DNA of 64,000 nt, from contig OZ024745.1 in NCBI GenBank assembly GCA_964016885.1, positions 65,534,001-65,598,000 of the forward strand, written 5' to 3'. The DNA is from Eledone cirrhosa. Taxonomy: Eukaryota. The notes beneath the pieces are model-generated. The model saw only the letters and a program-made list of their open reading frames with translations, did no database searches and was not told the origin of the DNA. Below, one piece after another: positions 13,383 through 27,180 of the stretch. A program made the translations under genes and the position numbers. Positions within the stretch are counted from its first letter, which is position 1; the number at the start of each line of letters is the position of its first letter.

Positions 13383-16300
13383 TTGGGGGATCCATTTTTT
13401 ATTTGGGGTATCCATTATTTATTTGGGTGATCCATTTTATATTTGGGTGATCGATTTTTTATTTGGGGGATCCATTTTTTATTTGGGTGATCCATTTTTT
13501 ATTTGGGTGATCCATTTTTTATTTGAGGGATCCATTTTATATTTGGGTGATCCATTTTTTATTTGAGTGATCCATTTTTTATTTGGGGGATCCATTTTTT
13601 ATTTGGAGGATCCATTTTTTATTTGGGGGATCCATTTTTTATTTGGGTGATCCATTTTTTATTTGGGTGATCCATTTTTTATTTGGGGGATCCATTTTTT
13701 ATTTGGGTGATCCATTTTTTATTTGGGGGATCCATTTTTTATTTGGGGGATCCATTTTTTATTTGGGTGATTCATTTTTTATTTGGGGGATCCATTTTTT
13801 ATTTGGGTGATCCATTTTTTTATTTGGGGGTCCATTTTTTATTTGGGTGATCCTTTTTTTATTTGGGTGATCCATTTTTTATTTGGGTGATCCATTTTTT
13901 ATTTGGGGGATCCATTTTTTATTTGGGTGATCCATTTTTTATTTGGGTGATCCATTTTTTATTTGGGGGATCCATTTTTTATTTGGGTGATCCATTTTTT
14001 ATTTGGGGGATCCATTTTTTATTTGGGGGATCCATTTTTTATTTGGGTGATCCATTTTTTATTTGGGTGATCCATTTTTTATTTGGGGGGATCCATTTTT
14101 AATTTGGGTGATCCATTTTTTATTTGGGGGATCCATTTTTTATTTGGGTGATCCATTTTTTATTTGGGTGATCCATTTTTTATTTGGGTGATCCATTTTT
14201 TATTTGGGGGATCCATTTTTTATTTGGGTGATCCATTTTTTATTTGGGTGGTCCATTTTTTATTTGGGTGATCCATTTTTTATTTGGGGGATCCATTTTT
14301 TATTTGGGTGATCCATTTTTTATTTGGGTGATCCATTTTTTATTTGGGTGATCCATTTTTTATTTGGGGGATACATTTTTTATTTGGGTGATCCATTTTT
14401 TATTTGGGGGGTCCATTTTTTATTTGGGGGATCCATTTTTATTTGGGTGATCCATTTTTTATTTGGGGGATCCATTTTTTATTTGGGGGATCCCTTTTTT
14501 ATTTGGGGGATCCATTTTTTATTTGGGTGATCCATTTTTTATTTGGGGGATTCATTTTTTATTTGGGGGATCCATTTTTTATCTGGGTGATCAATTTTTT
14601 ATTAGAGGGATCCATTTTTTATTTGGGTGATCCATTTTTATTTGGAGATCCATTTTTTATTTAGGTGATCCATTTTATAATTGGGTGATCCATTTTTTAT
14701 TTGGGGGATCCATTTTTTATTTGGGGGATCCATTATTTATTTGGGTGATCCATTTTTTATTTGGGTGATCCATTTTTTATTTGGGTGATCCATTTTTTAT
14801 TTGGGTGATCCATTTTTTATTTGGGTGATTCATTTTGTATTTGGGGGATCCATTTTTTATTTGGGTGATCCATTTTTTATTTGGGTGATCCATTTTTTAT
14901 TTGAGGGATCCATTTTATATTTGGGTGATCCATTTTTTATTTGGGTGATTCATTTTTTATTTGGGGGATCCATTTTTTATTTGGGTGATCCATTTTTTTA
15001 TTTGGGGGTCCATTTTTTATTTGGGTGATCCATTTTTTATTTGGGTGATCCATTTTTTATTTGGGGGATCCATTTTTTATTTGGGTCATCCATTTTTTAT
15101 TTGGGGGATACATTTTTTATTTGGGGGATCCATTTTTTATTTTGGGTGATCCATTTTTTATTAGGGGGATCCATTTTTTATTTGGGTGATCCATTTTTAT
15201 TTGTAGATCCATTTTTTATTTGGGTGATCCATTTTTTAATTGGATGATCCATTTTTTATTTGGGGGATCCATTTTTTATTTGGGGGATCCATTATTTATT
15301 TGGGTGATCCATTTTTTATTTGGGTGATCCATTTTTTATTTGGGGGATCCATTTTTTATTTGGGTGATCCATTTTTTATTTGGGTGATCCATTTTTTAAT
15401 TGGGGGATCCATTTTTTATTTAGTTGATCCTTTTTTTAATTGGGTGATCCATTTTTTATTTGGGGGATCCATTTTTTATTTGGGGGATCCATTTTTTATT
15501 TGGGGGATCCATTGTTTATTTGGGTGATCCATTTTTTATTTGGGTGATCCATTTTTTATTTGGGGGATCCATTTTTTATTTGGGTGATCCATTATTTATT
15601 TGGGTGATCAATTTTTTATTTGGGTGAACCATTTTTTATTTGTGGGATCCATTTTTTATTTGGGGGATCCATTTTTTATTTGGGTGATCCATTTTTTATT
15701 TGGGGGATCCATTTTTTATTTGGGTGATCCACTTTTTATTTGGGTGATCTATTTTTTAATTGGGTGATCCATTTTTTATTTGGGGGGATCCATTTTTAAT
15801 TTGGGTGATCCATTTTTTATTTGGGGGATCCATTTTTTATTTGGGTGATCCATTTTTTATTTGGGGGATCCATTTTTTATTTGGGTGATCCATTTTTTAT
15901 TTGGGTGATCTATTTTTTAATGGGGTGATCCATTTTTTATTTGGGGGATCCATTTTTTATTTGGGTGATCCATTTTCTATTTGGGTGGTCCATTTTTTAT
16001 TTGGGTGATCCATTTTTTATTTGGGGGATACATTTTTTATTTGGGTGATCCATTTTTTATTTGGGGATCCATTTTTTATTTGGGTGATCCATTTTTTATT
16101 TGGGTGATCCATTTTTTATTTGGGGGATCCATTTTTTATTTGGGTGATCCATTTTTTATTTGGGGGGTCCATTTTTTATTTGGGGGATCCATTTTTATTT
16201 GGGTGATCCATTTTTTATTTGGGGGATCCATTTTTTATTTGGAGATCCATTTTTTATTTGGGTTGATCCCTTTTTTATTTGGGGGATCCATTTTTTATTT

Positions 16301-19300
16301 GGGTGATCCATTTTTTATTTGGGTGATCCATTTTTTATTTGGGGGATCCATTTTTTATATGGGGGATCCATTTTTTATTTGGGTGATCCATTTTTTATTT
16401 GGGTGATCCATTTTTTATTTAAGGGATCCATTTTATATTTGGGTGATCCATTTTTTATTTGGGTGATCCATTTTTTATTTGGGTGATCCAATTTTTATTT
16501 GGAGGATCCATTTTTTATTTGGGGGATCCATTTTTTATTTGGGGGATCCATTTTTTATTTGGGTGATCCATTTTTTATTTGGGGGATCCATTTTTTATTT
16601 GGGTGATCCATTTTTTATTTGGGGGATCCATTTTTTATTTGGGGGATCCATTTTTTATTTGGGTGATCCATTTTTTATTTGGGTGATCCATTTTTTATTT
16701 GGGGGGATCCATTTTTAATTTGGGTGATCCATTTTTTATTTGGGGGATCCATTTTTTATTTGGGTGATCCATTTTTTATTTGGGGGATCCATTTTTTATT
16801 TGTGTGATCCATTTTTTATTTGGGATATCCATTTTTTAATTGGGTGATCCATTTTTTATTTGGGGGATCCATTTTTTATTTGGGTGATCCATTTTTTAGT
16901 TTGGTGGTCCATTTTTTATTTGGGTGATCCATTTTTTATTTGGGGGATCCATTTTTTATTTGGGTGATCCATTTTTTATTTGGGGATCCATTTTTTATTT
17001 GGGTGATCCATTTTTTATTTGGGTGATCCATTTTTTATTTGGGGGATCCATTTTTTATTTGGGTGATTCATTTTTTATTTGGGGGGTCCATTTTTTATTT
17101 GGGGGATCCATCTTTATTTGGGTGATCCATTTTTTATTTGGGGGATCCATTTTTTATTTGTGTGATCCATTTGTTATTTGGGTTGATCCCTTTTTTATTT
17201 GGGGGATCCATTTTTTATTTGGGGGATCCATTTTTTATTTGGGGGATCCATTTTTTATTTGGGGGATCCATTTTTTATTTGGGTGATCCATTTTTTATTA
17301 GGGGGATCCATTTTTTATTTGGGTGATCCATTTTTATTTGGAGATCCATTTTTTATTTAGGTGATCCATTTTATAATTGGGTGATCCATTTTTTATTTGG
17401 GGGATCCATTTTTTATTTGGGGGATCCATTATTTACTTGGGTGATCCATTTTTTATTTGGGTGATCCATTTTTTATTTGGGTGATCCATTTTTTATTTGG
17501 GTGATCCATTTTTATTTGGGTGATCCATTTTTTATTTGGGGGATCCATTTTTTATTTGGGTGATCCATTTTTTATTTGGGTGATCCATTTTTTATTTGAG
17601 GGATCCATTTTATATTTGGGTGATCCATTTTTTATTTGGGTGATCCATTTTTTATTTGGGGGATCCATTTTTTATTTGGGGGATCCATTTTTTATTTAGG
17701 GGATCCATTTTTTATTTGGGTGATCCATTTTTTATTTGGGTGATCCATTTTTTATTTGGGGGATCCATTTTTTATTTGGGTGATCCATTTTTTATTTGGG
17801 GGATCCATTTTTTATTTCGGGGATCCATTTTTTATTTGGGTGATTCATTTTTTATTTGGGGGATCCATTTTTTATTTGGGTGATCCATTTTTTTATTTGG
17901 GGGTCCATTTTTTATTTGGGTGATCCATTTTTTATTTGGGTGATCCATTTATTATTTGGGGGATCCATTTTTTATTTGGGTCATACATTTTTTATTTGGG
18001 GGATCCATTTTTTATTTGGGGGATCCATTTTTTATTTTGGGTGATCCATTTTTTATTAGGGGGATCCATTTTTTATTTGGGTGATCCATTTTTATTTGTA
18101 GATCCATTTTTTATTTGGGTGATCCATTTTTTAATTGGATGATCCATTTTTTATTTGGGGGATCCATTTTTTATTTGGGGGTTCCATTATTTATTTGGGT
18201 GATCCATTTTTTATTTGGGTGATCCATTTTTTATTTGGGGGATCCATTTTTTATTTGGGTGATCCATTTTTTATTTGGGTGATCCATTTTTTATTTGGGG
18301 GATCCATTTTTTATTTAGTTGATCCATTTTTTAATTGGGTGATCCATTTTTTATTTGGGGGATCCATTTTTTATTTGGGGGATCCATTTATTATTTGGGG
18401 GATCCATTTTTTATGTGGGTGATCCATTTTTTATTTGGGTGATCCATTTTTTATTTGTGGGATCCATTTTTTATTTGTGGGATCCATTTTTTATTTGGGG
18501 GATCCTTTTTTTATTTGGGTGATCCATTCTTTATTTGGGTGATCCATTTTTTATTTGGGTGATCCATTTTTTAATTGGGTGATCCATTTTTTATTTGGGG
18601 GATCCATTTTTTATTTGGGTGATCCATTTTTTATTTGGGTGGTCCATTTTTTATTTGGGTGATCCATTTTTTATTTGGGGGATCCATTTTTTATTTGGGT
18701 GATCCATTTTTTATTTGGGGATCCATGTTTTATTTGGGTGATCCATTTTTTATTTGGGTGATCCATTTTTTATTTGGGTGATCCATTTTTTATTTGGGGG
18801 GTCCATTTTTTATTTGGGGGATCCATTTTTATTTGGGTGATCCATTTTTTATTTGGGGGATCCATTTTTTATTTGGGTGATCCATTTTTTATTTGGGTTG
18901 ATCCCTTTTTTATTTGGGGGATCCATTTTTTATTTGGGTGATCCATTTTTTATTTGGGGGATCCATTTTTTATTTGGGGGATCCATTTTTTATTTGGGTG
19001 ATCCATTTTTTATTAGGGGGATCCATTTTTTATTTGGGTGATCCATTTTTATTTGGAGATCCATTTTTTATTTAGGTGATCCATTTTATAATTGGGTGAT
19101 CCATTTTTTATTTGGGGGATCCATTTTTTATTTGGGGGATCCATTTTTTATTTGGGGGATCCATTTTTTATTTGGGGGATCCATTTTTTATTTGGGGGAT
19201 CCTTTTTTATTTGGGTGATCCATTTTTTATTTGGGTGATCCATTTTTTATTTGGTGGATCCATTTTTTATTTGGGTGATCCATTATTTATTTGGGGGATC

Positions 19301-20214
19301 CATTTTTTATTTGGGGGATCCATTTTTTATTTGGGTGATCCATTTTTTATTTGGGGGATCCATTCTTTATTTGGGTGATCCATTTTTTATTTGTGGGATC
19401 CATTTTTTATTCGGGGGATCCATTTTTTATTTGGAGGATCCATTTTTTATTTGGGTGATCCATTGTTTATTTGGGTGATCCATTTATTATTTGGGGGATC
19501 CATTTTTTATTTGGGTGATCCATTTTTTATTTGGGTGATCCATTTTTTATTGGGGGATCCATTTTTTATTTGGGGGATCCATTTTTTATTTGGGTGATCC
19601 ATTTTTTATTTGGGTGATCCATTTTTTAATTGGGGGATCCATTTTTTATTTGGGTGATCCATTTTTTATTTGGGTGATCCATTTTTTATTTGGGGGATCC
19701 ATTTTTTATTTGGGGGCAGAATTTTTATTTGGGTGATCCATTTTTTATTTGGGTGATCCATTTTTTATTTGGGGGATCCATTTTTTATTTGGGGGATCCA
19801 TTTTTTATTTGGGTGATCCATTTTTTATTTGGGGGATCCATTTTTTATTTGGGTGATCCATTTTTTATTTGGGGGATCCATTTTTTATTTGGGTGATCCA
19901 TTTTTTATTTGGGTGATCCATTTTTTATTTGGGGGATCCATTTATTATTTGGGGGATCCATTTTTTATTTGGGTGATCCATTTTTTATTTGGGGGATCCA
20001 TTTTTTATTTGGGTGATTCATTTTTTATTTGGGGGTCCATTTTTTATTTGGGGGATCCATCTTTATTTGGGTGATCCATTTTTTATTTGGGGGATCCATT
20101 TTTTATTTGGGTGATCCATTTTTTATTTGGGTTGATCCCTTTTTTATTTGGGGGATCCATTTTTTATTTGGGGGATCCATTTTTTATTTGGGGGATCCAT
20201 TTTTTAATTGGGGG

Positions 20215-21570
20215 ATCCATTTTTTATTTGGGTGATCCATTTTTTATTAGGGGGATCCATTTTTTATTTGGGTGATCCATTTTTATTTGGAGATCCATTT
20301 TTTATTTAGGTGATCCATTTTATAATTGGGTGATCCATTTTTTATTTGGGGGATCCATTTTTTATTTGGGTTGATGCCTTTTTTATTTGGGGGATCCATT
20401 TTTTATTTGGGTGATCCATTTTTTATTTGGGGGATCCATTTTTTATTTGGGGGATCCATTTTTTATTTGGGTGATCCATTTTTTATTAGGGGGATCCATT
20501 TTTTATTTGGGTGATCCATTTTTATTTGGATATCCATTTTTTATTTAGGTGATCCATTTTATAATTGGGTGATCCATTTTTTATTTGGGGGATCCATTTT
20601 TTATTTGGGGTATCCATTATTTATTTGGGTGATCCATTTTATATTTGGGTGATCGATTTTTTATTTGGGGGATCCATTTTTTATTTGGGTGATCCATTTT
20701 TTATTTGGGTGATCCATTTTTTATTTGAGGGATCCATTTTATATTTGGGTGATCCATTTTTTATTTGAGTGATCCATTTTTTATTTGGGGGATCCATTTT
20801 TTATTTGGAGGATCCATTTTTTATTTGGGGGATCCATTTTTTATTTGGGTGATCCATTTTTTATTTGGGTGATCCATTTTTTATTTGGGGGATCCATTTT
20901 TTATTTGGGTGATCCATTTTTTATTAGGGGGATCCATTTTTTATTTGGGTGATCCATTTTTATTTGGAGATCCATTTTTTATTTAGGTGATCCATTTTAT
21001 AATTGGGTGATCCATTTTTTATTTGGGGGATCCATTTTTTATTTGGGTTGATGCCTTTTTTATTTGGGGGATCCATTTTTTATTTGGGTGATCCATTTTT
21101 TATTTGGGGGATCCATTTTTTATTTGGGGGATCCATTTTTTATTTGGGTGATCCATTTTTTATTAGGGGGATCCATTTTTTATTTGGGTGATCCATTTTT
21201 ATTTGGATATCCATTTTTTATTTAGGTGATCCATTTTATAATTGGGTGATCCATTTTTTATTTGGGGGATCCATTTTTTATTTGGGGTATCCATTATTTA
21301 TTTGGGTGATCCATTTTATATTTGGGTGATCGATTTTTTATTTGGGGGATCCATTTTTTATTTGGGTGATCCATTTTTTATTTGGGTGATCCATTTTTTA
21401 TTTGAGGGATCCATTTTATATTTGGGTGATCCATTTTTTATTTGAGTGATCCATTTTTTATTTGGGGGATCCATTTTTTATTTGGAGGATCCATTTTTTA
21501 TTTGGGGGATCCATTTTTTATTTGGGTGATCCATTTTTTATTTGGGTGATCCATTTTTTATTTGGGGGAT
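20215..21570 (+). repeat. 677-bp (34-monomer) tandem duplication inside copy 2 of the 7.5-kb unit
   Basis: Private monomers GTTGATGCC, GGATATCC, GATCGA and GAGTGATCC each occur twice at offset 677 (ORF strings 20326/21003 and 20565/21242). Confidence 0.9.
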
Positions 21571-24500
21571 CCATTTTTTATTTGGGTGATCCATTTTTTA
21601 TTTGGGGGATCCATTTTTTATTTGGGGGATCCATTTTTTATTTGGGTGATTCATTTTTTATTTGGGGGATCCATTTTTTATTTGGGTGATCCATTTTTTT
21701 ATTTGGGGGTCCATTTTTTATTTGGGTGATCCTTTTTTTATTTGGGTGATCCATTTTTTATTTGGGTGATCCATTTTTTATTTGGGGGATCCATTTTTTA
21801 TTTGGGTGATCCATTTTTTATTTGGGTGATCCATTTTTTATTTGGGGGATCCATTTTTTATTTGGGTGATCCATTTTTTATTTGGGGGATCCATTTTTTA
21901 TTTGGGGGATCCATTTTTTATTTGGGTGATCCATTTTTTATTTGGGTGATCCATTTTTTATTTGGGGGGATCCATTTTTAATTTGGGTGATCCATTTTTT
22001 ATTTGGGGGATCCATTTTTTATTTGGGTGATCCATTTTTTATTTGGGTGATCCATTTTTTATTTGGGTGATCCATTTTTTATTTGGGGGATCCATTTTTT
22101 ATTTGGGTGATCCATTTTTTATTTGGGTGGTCCATTTTTTATTTGGGTGATCCATTTTTTATTTGGGGGATCCATTTTTTATTTGGGTGATCCATTTTTT
22201 ATTTGGGTGATCCATTTTTTATTTGGGTGATCCATTTTTTATTTGGGGGATACATTTTTTATTTGGGTGATCCATTTTTTATTTGGGGGGTCCATTTTTT
22301 ATTTGGGGGATCCATTTTTATTTGGGTGATCCATTTTTTATTTGGGGGATCCATTTTTTATTTGGGGGATCCCTTTTTTATTTGGGGGATCCATTTTTTA
22401 TTTGGGTGATCCATTTTTTATTTGGGGGATTCATTTTTTATTTGGGGGATCCATTTTTTATCTGGGTGATCAATTTTTTATTAGAGGGATCCATTTTTTA
22501 TTTGGGTGATCCATTTTTATTTGGAGATCCATTTTTTATTTAGGTGATCCATTTTATAATTGGGTGATCCATTTTTTATTTGGGGGATCCATTTTTTATT
22601 TGGGGGATCCATTATTTATTTGGGTGATCCATTTTTTATTTGGGTGATCCATTTTTTATTTGGGTGATCCATTTTTTATTTGGGTGATCCATTTTTTATT
22701 TGGGTGATTCATTTTGTATTTGGGGGATCCATTTTTTATTTGGGTGATCCATTTTTTATTTGGGTGATCCATTTTTTATTTGAGGGATCCATTTTATATT
22801 TGGGTGATCCATTTTTTATTTGGGTGATTCATTTTTTATTTGGGGGATCCATTTTTTATTTGGGTGATCCATTTTTTTATTTGGGGGTCCATTTTTTATT
22901 TGGGTGATCCATTTTTTATTTGGGTGATCCATTTTTTATTTGGGGGATCCATTTTTTATTTGGGTCATCCATTTTTTATTTGGGGGATACATTTTTTATT
23001 TGGGGGATCCATTTTTTATTTTGGGTGATCCATTTTTTATTAGGGGGATCCATTTTTTATTTGGGTGATCCATTTTTATTTGTAGATCCATTTTTTATTT
23101 GGGTGATCCATTTTTTAATTGGATGATCCATTTTTTATTTGGGGGATCCATTTTTTATTTGGGGGATCCATTATTTATTTGGGTGATCCATTTTTTATTT
23201 GGGTGATCCATTTTTTATTTGGGGGATCCATTTTTTATTTGGGTGATCCATTTTTTATTTGGGTGATCCATTTTTTAATTGGGGGATCCATTTTTTATTT
23301 AGTTGATCCTTTTTTTAATTGGGTGATCCATTTTTTATTTGGGGGATCCATTTTTTATTTGGGGGATCCATTTTTTATTTGGGGGATCCATTGTTTATTT
23401 GGGTGATCCATTTTTTATTTGGGTGATCCATTTTTTATTTGGGGGATCCATTTTTTATTTGGGTGATCCATTATTTATTTGGGTGATCAATTTTTTATTT
23501 GGGTGAACCATTTTTTATTTGTGGGATCCATTTTTTATTTGGGGGATCCATTTTTTATTTGGGTGATCCATTTTTTATTTGGGGGATCCATTTTTTATTT
23601 GGGTGATCCACTTTTTATTTGGGTGATCTATTTTTTAATTGGGTGATCCATTTTTTATTTGGGGGGATCCATTTTTAATTTGGGTGATCCATTTTTTATT
23701 TGGGGGATCCATTTTTTATTTGGGTGATCCATTTTTTATTTGGGGGATCCATTTTTTATTTGGGTGATCCATTTTTTATTTGGGTGATCTATTTTTTAAT
23801 GGGGTGATCCATTTTTTATTTGGGGGATCCATTTTTTATTTGGGTGATCCATTTTCTATTTGGGTGGTCCATTTTTTATTTGGGTGATCCATTTTTTATT
23901 TGGGGGATACATTTTTTATTTGGGTGATCCATTTTTTATTTGGGGATCCATTTTTTATTTGGGTGATCCATTTTTTATTTGGGTGATCCATTTTTTATTT
24001 GGGGGATCCATTTTTTATTTGGGTGATCCATTTTTTATTTGGGGGGTCCATTTTTTATTTGGGGGATCCATTTTTATTTGGGTGATCCATTTTTTATTTG
24101 GGGGATCCATTTTTTATTTGGAGATCCATTTTTTATTTGGGTTGATCCCTTTTTTATTTGGGGGATCCATTTTTTATTTGGGTGATCCATTTTTTATTTG
24201 GGTGATCCATTTTTTATTTGGGGGATCCATTTTTTATTTGGGGGATCCATTTTTTATTTGGGTGATTCATTTTTTATTTGGGGGATCCATTTTTTATTTG
24301 GGGGATCCATTTTTTTATTTGGGGGTCTATTTTTTATTTGGGTGATCCATTTTTTATTTGGGTGATCCATTTTTTATTTGGGGGATCCATTTTTCATTTG
24401 GGTGATCCATTTTTTATTTGGGGGATCCATTTTTTATTTGGGGGATCCATTTTTTATTTTGGGTGATCCATTTTTTATTAGGGGGATCCATTTTTTATTT

Positions 24501-25939
24501 GGGTGATCCATTTTTATTTGTAGATCCATTTTCTATTTGGGTGATCCATTTTTTAATTGGATGATCCATTTTTTATTTGGGGGATCCATTTTTTATTTGG
24601 GGGATCCATTATTTATTTGGGTGATCCATTTTTTATTTGGGGGATCCATTATTTATTTGGGTGATCCATTTTATATTTGGGTGATCCATTTTTTATTTGG
24701 GTGATCCATTTTTTATTTGGGTGATCCATTTTTTATTTGGGTGATCCATTTTTTATTTGGGGGATCCATTAATTATTTGGGTGATCCATTTTTTATTTGG
24801 GGGATCCATTTTTTATTTGAGGGATCCATTTTATATTTGGGTGATCCATTTTTTATTTGGGTGATCCATTTTTTATTTGGGGGATCCATTTTTTATTTGG
24901 GTGATCCATTTTTTATTTGGGTGATCCATTTTTTATTTGGGTGATCCATTTTTTATTTGTGGGATCCATTTTTTATTTGGGGGATCTATTTTTTATTTGG
25001 GTGATCCATTTTTTTATTTGGGGGATCCATTTTTTATTTGGGTGATCCATTTTTTATTTGGGGGATTCATTTTTTATTTGGGGGATCCATTTTTTATTTG
25101 GGTGATCCATTTTTTTATTTGGGGGTCCATTTTTTATTTGGGTGATCCTTTTTTTATTTGGGTGATTCATTTTTTATTTGGGGGATCCATTTTTTATTTG
25201 GATCATCCATTTTTTATTTGGGGGATCCATTTTTTATTTGGGGGATCCATTTTTTATTTTGGGTGATCCATTTTTTATTAGGGGGATCCATTTTTTATTT
25301 GGGTTATCCATTTTTATTTGTAGATCCATTTTTTATTTGGGTGATCCATTTTTTAATTGGGTGATCCATTTATTATTTGGGGGATCCATTTTTTATTTGG
25401 GGGATCCATTATTTATTTGGGTGATCCATTTTTTATTTGGGTGAACCATTTTTTATTTGGGTGATCCATTTTTTATTTGGGTGATCCATTTTTTATTTGG
25501 GTGATCCATTTTTTATTTGAGGCATCCATTTTATAATTGGGTGATCCATTTTTTATTTGGGTGATCCATTTTTTATTTGGGTGATCCTTTTTTTATTTGG
25601 GGGATCCATTTTTTATTTGGGGGAACCATTTTTTATTTGGGGGATCCATTTTTTATTTGGGTGATCCATTTTTTATTTGGGTGATCCATTTTTTATTTGG
25701 GGTGATCCATTTTTTATTTGGGGGATCCATTTTTTATTTGGGGGATCCATTTTTTATTTGGGGTATCCATTTTTTATTTGGGTGATCCATTTTTTATTTT
25801 GGGTGATCCATTTTTTATTAGGGGGATCCATTTTTTATTTGGGTTATCCATTTTTATTTGTAGATCCATTTTTTATTTGGGTGATCCATTTTTTAATTGG
25901 GTGATCCATTTTTTATTTGGGGGATCCATTTTTTATTTG

Positions 25940-27180
25940 AGGGATCCATTATTTATTTGGGTGATCCATTTTTTATTTGGGTGATCCATTTTTTATTTGG
26001 GTGATCCATTTTTTATTTGGGTGATCCATTTTTTATTTGGGTGATCCATTTTTTATTTGAGGCATCCATTTTATAATTGGGTGATCCATTTTTTATTTGG
26101 GTGATCCATTTTTTATTTGGGTGATCCTTTTTTTATTTGGGGGATCCATTTTTTATTTGGGGGAACCATTTTTTATTTGGGGGATCCATTTTTTATTTGG
26201 GTGATCCATTTTTTATTTGGGTGATCCATTTTTTATTTGGGGGATCCATTTTTTATTTGGGGGATCCATTTTTTATTTGGGGGATCCATTTTTTATTTGG
26301 GGTATCCATTTTTTATTTGGGTGATCCATTTTTTATTTGGGGGATCCATTTTTTATTTGGGGGATCCATTTTTTATTTGGGTGATCCATTTTCTATTTGG
26401 GTGATCCATTTTTTATTTGGAGGATCCATTTTTTATTTGGGTGATCCATTATTTATTAGGGGGATCCATTTTTTATTTGGGGGATCCATTTTTTATTTGG
26501 GTGATTCATTTTTTATTTGCGGGATCCATTCTTTATTTGGGTGATCCATTTTTTATTTGTGGGATCCATTTTTTATTTGGGGGATCCATTTTTTATTTGA
26601 GGGATCCATTATTTATTTGGGTGATCCATTTTTTATTTGGGTGATCCATTTTTTATTTGGGTGATCCATTTTTTATTTGGGTGATCCATTTTTTATTTGG
26701 GTGATCCATTTTTTATTTGAGGCATCCATTTTATAATTGGGTGATCCATTTTTTATTTGGGTGATCCATTTTTTATTTGGGTGATCCTTTTTTTATTTGG
26801 GGGATCCATTTTTTATTTGGGGGAACCATTTTTTATTTGGGGGATCCATTTTTTATTTGGGTGATCCATTTTTTATTTGGGTGATCCATTTTTTATTTGG
26901 GGGATCCATTTTTTATTTGGGGGATCCATTTTTTATTTGGGGGATCCATTTTTTATTTGGGGTATCCATTTTTTATTTGGGTGATCCATTTTTTATTTGG
27001 GGGATCCATTTTTTATTTGGGGGATCCATTTTTTATTTGGGTGATCCATTTTTTATTTGGGTGATCCATTTTTTATTTGGAGGATCCATTTTTTATTTGG
27101 GTGATCCATTATTTATTAGGGGGATCCATTTTTTATTTGGGGGATCCATTTTTTATTTGGGTGATTCATTTTTTATTTGG
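25940..27180 (+). repeat. 660-bp (33-monomer) higher-order unit in tandem; first of at least nine such pairs in the right part of the array
   Basis: Marker GAGGCATCCATTTTATAATT pairs at 26059/26719, 31988/32648, 34665/35305 (640), 38255/38915, 40872/41532, 42427/43087, 47359/48019, 55542/56202 and 62584/63245 (661). Confidence 0.9.

Larger units (their letters stand above)
8800..24220 (+). repeat. Large tandem duplication: copy 1 about 8800-16340, copy 2 about 16341-24220; copy 2 lacks 340 bp and carries an extra 677-bp internal duplication
   Basis: The offset is 7542 for 8937/16479 through 11311/18853, 7202 for 12049/19251 through 13363/20565, and 7879 for 13124/21003 through 15981/23860. 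The offset steps are -340 and +677. Confidence 0.92.
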
